A stretch of 63,879 nucleotides of DNA, counting the filler, from Stramenopiles sp. TOSAG23-6 (taxonomy: Eukaryota), in the NCBI GenBank assembly GCA_900128565.1. It is 3 parts of 3 records of this genome, joined end to end, with 100 filler letters (N's around TTAATTAATTAA, not from the genome) between each part and the next. Parts side by side here need not be neighbours in the genome. Positions count along the whole stretch, not along the records: positions 45,386 to 63,879 come from LT636061.1; 2 more parts are not named here. One strand, 5' to 3'. A model generated the notes under the pieces. That model was given only the letters and a program-made list of their open reading frames with translations. It ran no database searches and was not told the origin of the DNA. Shown piece after piece: positions 45,477-54,553 of this stretch (within the stretch, counting starts at the first letter, position 1; every line of letters starts with the position of its first letter). A program made the translations under genes and the position numbers.

Positions 45477-45749
45477 ATCTGTTTGGAGACGTCGTTTCAC
45501 TTCTAATTCATCTAAATCATTATTTGTATGCAATGTTTGATACTTTTGTATAATACGGCTGTAAAAATCTTTTGTTGAAAGGTTTGTACCATTTTTTGTA
45601 CCATTTTCACTTTGAATTGATTCTGCTAATGCATTTTCAACAATAACGACTAAATTGTTTTGTTTTTTTGTTGCATTCAACAAACTTTGTAAACATATTG
45701 TTGTTGATGCTGTTGATGTTGTTGATGCTGTTGATATATATTCAGACAT
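45477..45749 (-). CDS. First exon of an unknown gene
   Basis: ATG-initiated frame ending at a family donor site. Confidence 0.5.
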
Positions 45750-46315
45750 AAGACTCAATTGAGGAATCACTTGTTAGACTAGAGACGTATTCACTGCATG
45801 AAAGTTATTCAAAACTGATTTGATAAATTTGAATGAAAGAATCAATGAAATGAAAACTTTACACTATGTATACACAAAGTACAATAAATGTTAGATTAAC
45901 TTTTGAACTGTTGTACTACCTTATTGATATTGACCACAATGAAAAATATTCTTTTGTTCTTATTATTTGAATTAAAATACAGTAGTTAATTGTTAATACA
46001 AGTATAAAGTATACTAGTAGTAGTAGACGCTAAGTTAGTCCTATATAAAACAAATTGTTTCAATAGATCTTTTCATTTTCATCGGTTACTTTTTTTTTTT
46101 GATTCCCGGGTACCGAGCCTTTTTTGGACGTCGCCACCGCACGAAATCATCGAAATCTCTCCCATCGTCCAAAAAAATTGTTTTCGATTCGATCCGGTGA
46201 TTTTTCGATCCGGTGATTTTCATCACAAATCGAATCTTTTCTTTCTTTGTGTGAATTCTATATCTTTATATCTCTCTATATACAGACTGTCACAAAAGCC
46301 ACAAAACTTATAAAT

Positions 46316-47113
46316 ATGAAGATCATTTCTACTGCAAAAACTTTGATTGTTGGGCCACTGCTCATCGCAAATTCAACAACGGCTACTTCTTCTTTTTTGG
46401 AAACAAACCACGCAAAAAACAAGAAAGCGCAGACACTTGGTATCGGACACAAAGCGATGAATACGTGGCACAAAGTCAGAAAGAATTGTGAAGCGGCTAA
46501 AACACAGGACGAGTGCAAAGAACCTAAATGTTATTACTGCCCCCTGGCAGTTGGCAAAAAATACAAATACAATTGTATCAAGAAGACGGACGAAGAAACT
46601 GAAAGAGAAGAGGCCTGTGCAAAACGTATGAATCAGCGACAAGACGGGAAAACCCCATTGTATAGTCTAATTGAGGACGCTGATTCACAGGAAGGTCTTA
46701 CAGGGGAAATTGAAACATATCTTGCTGCTGGTGCAGAAGTCAATGTGAAAAATGCTCATGATGCACGCTTAGCTGGCGGAGCTGCACCATTGCATGTTGC
46801 TTCACAGAAAGGTTTTGTGGAAGTAGTTGAACTACTTCTTGATAAAAAAGCAGAAGTCAATATGGTTAACGAATCCAAAGGAACCCCATTGTATGTTGCT
46901 TCAAACTCTGGTCGTGCGGGAGTAGTTGAAAAACTTCTCGAAGCAGGTGCTAATGTCAATCAGCCTAGTAATGATGGATTTACCCCATTCAGAAAGGCTC
47001 AAGAGAATAAGAGGCATCGTCATTGTAAAAGTAACCCTGATTGTAAAAACCGTTATAAAAAAGTAATCAAAAAATTTAAAAAACTAAAAAAAAAGGGGAT
47101 AGTAGTTCATTGA
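46316..47113 (+). CDS. Ankyrin-repeat protein with signal-peptide-like N-terminus and Cys motif
   Basis: GKTPLY, APLHVASQKGFVEVVELLL, GTPLYVAS.SG...VVEKLL.AGA.VN; N-terminal C....T..EC...C.YC. Confidence 0.8.
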   Translation: MKIISTAKTLIVGPLLIANSTTATSSFLETNHAKNKKAQTLGIGHKAMNTWHKVRKNCEAAKTQDECKEPKCYYCPLAVGKKYKYNCIKKTDEETEREEACAKRMNQRQDGKTPLYSLIEDADSQEGLTGEIETYLAAGAEVNVKNAHDARLAGGAAPLHVASQKGFVEVVELLLDKKAEVNMVNESKGTPLYVASNSGRAGVVEKLLEAGANVNQPSNDGFTPFRKAQENKRHRHCKSNPDCKNRYKKVIKKFKKLKKKGIVVH

Positions 47114-47448
47114 ATGTAATGAATAGAAAGATATTAGTTCATCGAATGTAATGAATAGTAAGAAGAGTCATCTATTGAGCGCACATTGTAAGTGTTACAT
47201 ATTATTCATTGTCCACTGGTTCATTCAGTAAACATTGACTTTTTAAATATAACTTATATTCAGTTGGTGCAACACCTTGATTGAATATAAAACATANTTA
47301 TCTNCCNTTTTTTNAAATACATTTATATTATATATGTGATATATCGCATGATATTCGCATTCATAGGGATAGACTAAAAGCTATCGCACTACACATAACT
47401 AAATCAATAAAAGCAACCTCGCTAGTAGGTAAATACCCTGTATATAGC

Positions 47449-48552
47449 CTAAATACCTCCATATCTTCTAATCACATTATTGTCTTTTCCGTAAAAAATA
47501 GTTTGAGTATGTGTTGCTTCAACTCTTACTTCACTTTGTAATGTTTCAACAAATTTAGGTGTAAGTTGTTTATTTCCAATACTATAATAACCAAGTTGAC
47601 CACTAAATCCATTTCCCCATGTGTATACATCTCCATTTTCAAGTAATGCAACAGTGTGATAAGAACCAGCTGATATTTGCTTTACTTTTTTATGTTTTAA
47701 TTCTTCAACAAGTTTAGGTTTAAGTTGTTCTTCTGTATCACCATGACCAAGTTGACCAAACCATCCTCTTCCCCATGTGTATACAGTACCATCTTTTAGT
47801 AATGCAACAGTGTGATGATCACCAGCTGATATTTGCTTTACTTTTTTACCTCTTAATGCTTCAACCATTTTAGGAACTATTTGGTCTTTTTCATCACCAT
47901 GACCAAGTTTACCATAACGTCCACTTCCCCATGTATATACATTACCACTTTCTTGTAGTAAAACAAGTCCTCTGTTTTTCCATGCATTAATAAAAACATC
48001 ATTTTTAGACGTATATTTGATCAAGTTGTTTCCTATAAACATTTTTTGTTGTGTAGATTTGGAAAATATTTTCAATAATTGTTTTTGTAGAGATTTGTAT
48101 TGTTCTTTTGAAGATTCATTTACATCGTTTTCATCGTTTTTTCCTTTGCCTTTCTCGTTTTCATCGTTTGTTTCTTTGCCTTTCTCTGTACATGCCGTAA
48201 GTGTCATACTTTCATCATCTGGGATGAAACCTAATGATTTCATAAATTCTAATACAGGTATAAGGTCATTACATAGACGATTTACACGTAGTGCGTAATC
48301 CCGTTGAGCAACAATACCCGAATCGAGTGAAAGAATTGAAAACGTACCTAAATCTCTGTCACTTAAATAACGTAGAGGACTAGATACAACATTATCACTT
48401 AGAACACTGCGTAGAGTGCGAGGAATTAGAAGTGTAGGTGAAGTTCTTTTCGTTTTTTTCGTTTCAGATTCAGATTCAGAATAGTATATTTCTTGATAAA
48501 AAAGTAAAAATACAAATACGATTAATCCTCCCTGTACTATCAGCTGTTTCAT
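47449..48552 (-). CDS. RCC1-repeat protein with signal peptide
   Basis: VYTWG.G..G.LGHG...P..VE.L....VKQISAG..HTVAL repeats; hydrophobic N-terminus. Confidence 0.85.
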   Translation of the reverse strand: MKQLIVQGGLIVFVFLLFYQEIYYSESESETKKTKRTSPTLLIPRTLRSVLSDNVVSSPLRYLSDRDLGTFSILSLDSGIVAQRDYALRVNRLCNDLIPVLEFMKSLGFIPDDESMTLTACTEKGKETNDENEKGKGKNDENDVNESSKEQYKSLQKQLLKIFSKSTQQKMFIGNNLIKYTSKNDVFINAWKNRGLVLLQESGNVYTWGSGRYGKLGHGDEKDQIVPKMVEALRGKKVKQISAGDHHTVALLKDGTVYTWGRGWFGQLGHGDTEEQLKPKLVEELKHKKVKQISAGSYHTVALLENGDVYTWGNGFSGQLGYYSIGNKQLTPKFVETLQSEVRVEATHTQTIFYGKDNNVIRRYGGI

Positions 48553-48875
48553 TCTGTTATAGTAGTAGGATAGTAGTATAGTATTATATAAATGTCAAAA
48601 CCAAAAAGAAGTATACAATAAATATATTCAAGTGTATTCAGTGTAAGTATTGTGTTTTTGTCGTTTTTGTCGATTCGTTCGACGTCGACGAACGATGATT
48701 GCCAGGAACTAGCCTTTGATTTCGTACAAAATTTCATACCTAAAAAATTGGTCAGCTGACTTTCATGAACGGCCGGTGCGAAATCGGCCGTGCGCATCTC
48801 TCTCAAAGTCAACTGAACTCTACTCCATAAAGCTTCCTCAAATTGTACAGTCTTCTTCAAAGTAGTTTTAAAACA

Positions 48876-50057
48876 ATGAAAACAACACGTGTATTTGTTC
48901 TTTTGGTTATACTATGTAACACAAGATTTGTACATGCTGGAACAACACCAGCAGGAGCGAAAATCGATGAAATTGATTCAATACGACAAGCTCTCAAAGA
49001 AGCACAACAACAACAAATACAAGCAAAAGAGACCCACGATGGCTTGACTGATGAAACAAAGACATTGAATGATATACCAGAGTACACTTTAAATCAGTTT
49101 CTCTCTGTACCTGATGTCGTATCTCTATCCACTATAAATAACAGGATGCATCAGCGGGTGAGTAGCGAGTCTGAGCTCTTGGCAAGAGGCTTATTCACGG
49201 AAGTTGTCAGAGAAATTGAACAATACAACCCCGAAGAAGAAATAAAAGAAGAATCTACTGAAAAACCAGAAAACGAACCTGTATTAAAGTGGTTATATCG
49301 TGTACGAAGAATTCACCGAATGCTAAAATCTCAAATTCCTATTCACTTCAAAAATACAAGAAAAGGTCTTACAAGGAAAGAAAACGAAAGCCGTGATAAT
49401 TGGTTACACCGTATTGAAAGTATGTTGTTGGAAAGAGAAGCTTTGATTGCATTGTATAATAATACAAATGGAGATGATTGGAACCGTAAAGATAATTGGA
49501 ATACAGATACAAATATTTGTAAATGGTATGGAGTTACGTGTAATAAAGAAGGAAGTGTTACTGAATTGAGATTGTGGGGCAACGAACTATCTGGTTCAAT
49601 ACCAATGCAAATTGGTCAACTAAAAAATCTCAGAGAATTGGCCTTGCAGTTAAACAACCTATCTGGTCCAATACCAAAAGAAATTGGTCGACTAACAAAT
49701 CTCATAGAATTGTGGTTGAACGGCAACAAACTAACTGTTTCAGTTCCAAATAAAATTGGTCGATTAACGGAGCTCAAATATTTGATATTGCATAACAACG
49801 AACTATCTGGTGCAATTCCAACGGAAATTGGTCGATTAACAAATCTCAAAGAATTGTACTTGGCCAAAAACAAACTAACTGGTTCAATACCAACGGAAAT
49901 TGGTCTTCTAACAGAGCTCGAACTATTGAACTTGTCATTCAACAAACTAACTGGTCCAGTTCCAAAAGAAATTGGTCAACTAAAAAAGCAGCTCGAAACT
50001 TTGTTCTTGGCAGGGAACAACCTAACTGGTTCAATTCCAAAAAAAATCGTCAACTAA
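48876..50057 (+). CDS. LRR protein with signal peptide and F-box-like segment (paralog of 12788-14134)
   Basis: VFVLLVILCNTRFVHA signal; EREALIALY...ICKWYGVTC cap; 24-aa LRRs; shared LT.KENE....WL.R.E segment. Confidence 0.87.
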   Translation: MKTTRVFVLLVILCNTRFVHAGTTPAGAKIDEIDSIRQALKEAQQQQIQAKETHDGLTDETKTLNDIPEYTLNQFLSVPDVVSLSTINNRMHQRVSSESELLARGLFTEVVREIEQYNPEEEIKEESTEKPENEPVLKWLYRVRRIHRMLKSQIPIHFKNTRKGLTRKENESRDNWLHRIESMLLEREALIALYNNTNGDDWNRKDNWNTDTNICKWYGVTCNKEGSVTELRLWGNELSGSIPMQIGQLKNLRELALQLNNLSGPIPKEIGRLTNLIELWLNGNKLTVSVPNKIGRLTELKYLILHNNELSGAIPTEIGRLTNLKELYLAKNKLTGSIPTEIGLLTELELLNLSFNKLTGPVPKEIGQLKKQLETLFLAGNNLTGSIPKKIVN

Positions 50058-50618
50058 CAAAACTCGAAATTTTGAGCTTGGATAACAACAAACTAACTGA
50101 TTCAATTTTCATCAATGATAACCTGTAAAAAAAATAAATTTCAATTATTGACTATTATAATTAGTATAATACTACTATTCACATTGAATATTCTTTTTTA
50201 TTATGTACAAATGTTTATTAAAAAAAAAGAATAAAAACAAATATAATAAAATTATTTGTTTACTATTTCCAGTCGAGTCCCCAAACACATGATTTTCAAG
50301 AATTCGTGTTTATTTTTGTCGGTTAAAATTTGATATTTTTGTCCGGCGTTTTTCCATCAGACAAAAGATATACACTACATTACGCCAACAAGTCTTCTAA
50401 CTTCTGTAATCAAATCTCTAATACGTACAATTATAAAAGTTATAAGCAGCCTCTACAAAAAATATACCCTCTAAATCGGTACGAAAAGTAGCCGCTTCAA
50501 CAAAAACCGCTCAGAAATAGCATCTGAAGGTATCGTATCCAGAATCCAGATTCATTCCAGATTCTTTGTTTTGTTCTTTTTTTCCACCACAAAATAAAGC
50601 CAGGTATCGTAAGGAACA

Positions 50619-51953
50619 ATGTCAACATCTGAAACTCCACTCTTGGGGGGAAACTCAAATGTGACCAAGAAAAAAGTGTTCTGGACAAAAACGAAAATAA
50701 TTATACTTGTAGTCTTTCTAGTGGTTGCAATATCTTTTGGGATTTTAATTCCATTGGTCTTTCTACGTCGTTCAAAGCCAAGTTCAAAGCCACCACCACC
50801 ACCAGGACCAGCACCACCAGGACCAGCACCACCACCACCAGAAAAACAGCCAGCATCTCCAACATCAACACCACCAGGACCACCACTACCAAGACCAGCA
50901 CCACCATCTCCACCACCACCAGAAAAACAGACAGCATCTCCAACATCAACACCACCAGGACCACCACTACCAAGACCAGCACCAAAACCAACCACAACAT
51001 CAGCCAGCTCAAAAATTAAACCACCCGAAAAGTGGACTAAATCTGGTAAATCTTCAGAAGATGAAGTTGAATATTTGACGGAAAAAATGAAAGGCATTGG
51101 TCATTTCCAGAAAAATGGAGACTTTAAAAGTGATGCAGAAATGATTATTACAAGGGCAGCAATAGATGAAAAAGGTTTGGCTGACTGTAGAAAAATTATT
51201 GAAATCAATGAGGAATCAAAAAAAAATGGTATTGGAGCTATCGAATACGGCGTCATGGCTTTTTGGAGGGGACCTTGTAATATGTATGAACTTCAACTAA
51301 GAGGTAAAGTTGACTCCATGAAAGACTACAACACACAAGTTCAATTTGATGAGGCTAAAAACCAGTTAGATGCCTATGTAACGAAAGGGGAATTCAATTA
51401 CGCTGTCTTCATTGCCAAAATAAATGGTCATATTGTTGGCGGAATAACTGCGATTTGGTACATACCTGGGAAGGTATGTGCTCAAACTAACGAAATGCCA
51501 GAGTGGGATATTGAAAAGGGTGGAAAAATCTTGCGTTTTGTAGGGATACATAAAACACGGCCATATTTCCTTGCAAATGACAGATCACAAAAAGAACCTT
51601 TCAGCACACAAATGCTGAAGTTTGTGGAGGATGAAGCCAGAAAGGAAGGTTGCAAAGCAATATCTGTCATTCGGCCAGCGGGGGCTATGATTAAAAAGTT
51701 TAAGAATAACGAGTTTACCAAGGAGAGAGATGAAAAATACAGTCAAGGCAACAACCAAATTCAACTACCAGATATATTGAAAGAGACAACTTCTTTTATT
51801 ACTGATGCTTATAATTATAAATACATCAAATACCTTGATCCCAATCCGCAGGTTGCAAAAAATTACAACGATAAATATATTGAACAACAGATACAAAAAC
51901 CTTTACAAAAAAAAAAATTTTGCTTTCCGACCGCGGTGAATCTTTTTGATTGA
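50619..51953 (+). CDS. Type II membrane protein with Pro-rich stalk and GNAT-like C-terminal domain
   Basis: ETPLL motif, one TM helix, duplicated PPPPEKQ.ASPTSTPPGPPLPRPAP, then VFIAKINGHIVGG...QMLKFVEDEARKEGCKAISV. Confidence 0.6.
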   Translation: MSTSETPLLGGNSNVTKKKVFWTKTKIIILVVFLVVAISFGILIPLVFLRRSKPSSKPPPPPGPAPPGPAPPPPEKQPASPTSTPPGPPLPRPAPPSPPPPEKQTASPTSTPPGPPLPRPAPKPTTTSASSKIKPPEKWTKSGKSSEDEVEYLTEKMKGIGHFQKNGDFKSDAEMIITRAAIDEKGLADCRKIIEINEESKKNGIGAIEYGVMAFWRGPCNMYELQLRGKVDSMKDYNTQVQFDEAKNQLDAYVTKGEFNYAVFIAKINGHIVGGITAIWYIPGKVCAQTNEMPEWDIEKGGKILRFVGIHKTRPYFLANDRSQKEPFSTQMLKFVEDEARKEGCKAISVIRPAGAMIKKFKNNEFTKERDEKYSQGNNQIQLPDILKETTSFITDAYNYKYIKYLDPNPQVAKNYNDKYIEQQIQKPLQKKKFCFPTAVNLFD

Positions 51954-52261
51954 TTGAGTTATTCTGTTTATCTCTTTTAATATTTATAACTTTGAATCTA
52001 TTGAATTAAGATTTGATAGATAAATAAAAAGCCAATTTTTCAATTCCCAAGTCATGCCATTTCAATCATTATATATAATATATCCAGGATCCTTGATTAT
52101 TATAGTAATGATTAAAAATTAAAAATTGCTTTCAAAAGTTGTTTCTTTGTTACCCGGTAACAATAAGAATATGAAACGGTCAAAAACTGATTGACACACA
52201 AACATGTGTCCAACAAACAAGTCAAATTGTATCACAACAAATTAAACTGTACTACTTTCAA

Positions 52262-54328
52262 ATGTCCCTTATATTTCAAATACAAAAATTATTGAATCGC
52301 CAATGTCGCTTTTCATCTTCCTGTGGTCAAATTTTAGCTTCTCTCAACAGTTCAAAATTAGAAATCAGAAAAACACAGGCACCGAAACCAAAACCAACAA
52401 ACATCAACTTGGAATTCGGAAAAGTTTTCACAGATCACATGTTAGAAATCGATTGGAATGCTGATACAGGATGGCATACCCCACTCATTAAACCATATGG
52501 TGATATGGCGATATCACCAGCTGCGAGTGCACTACATTATGGTTTACAATGTTTTGAGGGAATGAAAGCTTACATCGATCCTTCAGGGAACATTCGTCTG
52601 TTTCGTCCTGAGAAAAATATGACAAGATTGAGTACTTCAATGAAACGATTAAATATGCCATCATTTGATGAATCAGAGTTTCTTGAATGCATCAAAGAAC
52701 TTTTAAGAGTTGATAAAGACTGGATCCCTAAAGAAAAAGGATTTTCCTTATATATTAGACCAACAGCTATATCTTTGCACTGTATGTTTTTTTCATCATT
52801 TTTTTCATCATTTTTTTTTCATAGAGAATTTCATACCTAACAAATTTAAAATTTTTTTTGTATCATTTTTTTTCATTGAGAATTTCATACCTAACAAAGT
52901 TCAAATTGTACAATATTATTTTCAATATATGTACGCTTGGTGTCACAACAGTGCGTTTATATTATTGATTTCAAATATATTCTGCTAATATTTTGTAACA
53001 CTTGGAATTGTTTTGTATTCAAAACAAAATTGAAATTAAATTTTACATATTTTTGTTTCGTACCTAACAAAACAATTCATGTTTTAGAATATTCTTTCAC
53101 AATACACTCTTTACATACAAAACTGTTTTGTATAATGTGCCCAGTAGGACCATATTTTACTGATGGAATAAAACCAGTGCACTTGCTAGCTGATGAACGA
53201 AATGTGCGTGCTTGGCCTGGTGGAACTGGTGATGTAAAAATTGGGGGTAATTATGCTTGTATGTTTTTTATGTTGATGTCAACATCATTTAAAAAAAAAA
53301 ATTTTCATTTAAATTTTTTTTTTAATATATGGATTTTTATATTGTATTATAATATACAACTAATGAATTATATACTATGAAAATATTTTGTCACTAGTAA
53401 AGCCACTATTTCACCACAAACGAAAGCAACTGAAGATGGATATTCGCAAATACTTTGGTTATTTGGTGATGATCATCAAGTGACTGAAGTGGGTGTAATG
53501 TACGTTTTTTTTTTTTTTTCAAGTTTTTTTTTTGTAGTATATTTTGTACCTAACTAAAAAAAAAATAAAAAATAAAAAAATCACAATACATGAATTTTTT
53601 TGTTTTATGGGAAAAAAAAGATGGTTCAGGAAAAGAGTTAATTACAGCACCTTTAGATGGTACCATGTAAGTTTTAAACCCTAACCCTAATATAATTTCA
53701 TATGTTTTTGTATAGAAAATTTTTGTACCCTTTTCTTTAAAAAAAAACAAAAAAAACAAAAAAATCTCATATAAACATTCCAAAATAAAACATATTTTTT
53801 TCAATATATATTACCGGGTGTCACCAGAAGTTCAGTGATTGAACTTGCACGCTCTATAGGTGACTTTGACGTCACTGAACGAATATTTAATATGGCAGAA
53901 TTAACTGAAGCGATAAACGATGATCGTGTCATTGAAGCGTTTGGTTGTGGTACTGCAGCTGTTGTTAGTCCAGTCAAAGCGATCACTTATAAAGATAAAA
54001 TGTTTTCAATACCTACAGGAGATGATGAAACTATGGGACACTTTTCTAAATTTGTTTTAGAAAAGTTAACTGCAATTCAATATGTAAGTCAAGTATTCTG
54101 AATTTTCAAATGTGTTTTTTTTTTTTTTTGAAAATATTTTTTGAAATGTATTATTTTTTGAAATGTATTATTTACCAAATATTATTTTTTAATAGAAAAT
54201 CAAAAGGTTTCGTGTACTTCTTTGTATCCACTGTATAATATTATTTACCAAATATTTTTTTTAAATCTTGTTTATCAGTATATGGGAATGATAAAGGTCC
54301 TGATGGTTGGTCTGTTGTTGTCAAGTAA
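52262..54328 (+). CDS. BCAT: Branched-chain amino acid aminotransferase, 7 exons
   Basis: Exons 52262-52781, 52931-52950, 53108-53258, 53403-53499, 53592-53666, 53810-54083, 54284-54328 give [85 protein letters not shown]...W. Confidence 0.93.
52782..52930 (+). other. GT-AT intron, 149 nt
   Basis: CACT|GTATGT...GAGAATTTCATACCTAAC (two copies)...TTCAATATAT|GT. Confidence 0.85.
52951..53107 (+). other. GT-AC intron, 157 nt
   Basis: ACA|GTGCGT...TTTCGTACCTAAC...TTCACAATACAC|TCT; gives the expected LGV-to-PVGPY spacing. Confidence 0.75.
53259..53402 (+). other. Canonical GT-AG intron, 144 nt
   Basis: GCTT|GTATGT...CAACTAAT...TAAAG|CC; restores NYASTISPQ; lacks GTACCTAAC. Confidence 0.8.
53500..53591 (+). 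other. GT-AT intron, 92 nt
   Basis: GTAAT|GTACGT...TTTTGTACCTAAC...TCACAATACAT|GAAT; restores TEVGVMNFF. Confidence 0.9.
53667..53809 (+). other. GT-AT intron, 143 nt
   Basis: ACCAT|GTAAGT...TTTTGTACCC...TTCAATATAT|ATTA; restores DGTILPGVTR. Confidence 0.88.
54084..54283 (+). other. GT-AT intron, 200 nt
   Basis: TAT|GTAAGT...TCAGTATAT|GGG; restores IQYG...W; the nearby CAG is out of frame. Confidence 0.8.
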
Positions 54329-54553
54329 ACATTTAGTATAGAATTCATAAAAAATGGTAGATATGAAGTTATTCTCAAAATAAAAGTAGCAAGTGAATAT
54401 TTTCTTTGAACACGAAATATTTTTTTTTATAAAGTTTGACAAAAACATCGAAAAAAATGCAAAAAAAATGAAAAATTGCGAAAAGTTTGTGTGTGACTTG
54501 ACAAGTGTTTCCTTAATTTAATAGTACCTCTTATTATATATTGCATAAATAGA

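Noticed and set aside
50552-51097. Gly-rich and Val/Leu-rich minus-strand ORFs
   Set aside because: Antisense of the Pro-rich repeat of the 50619 gene.
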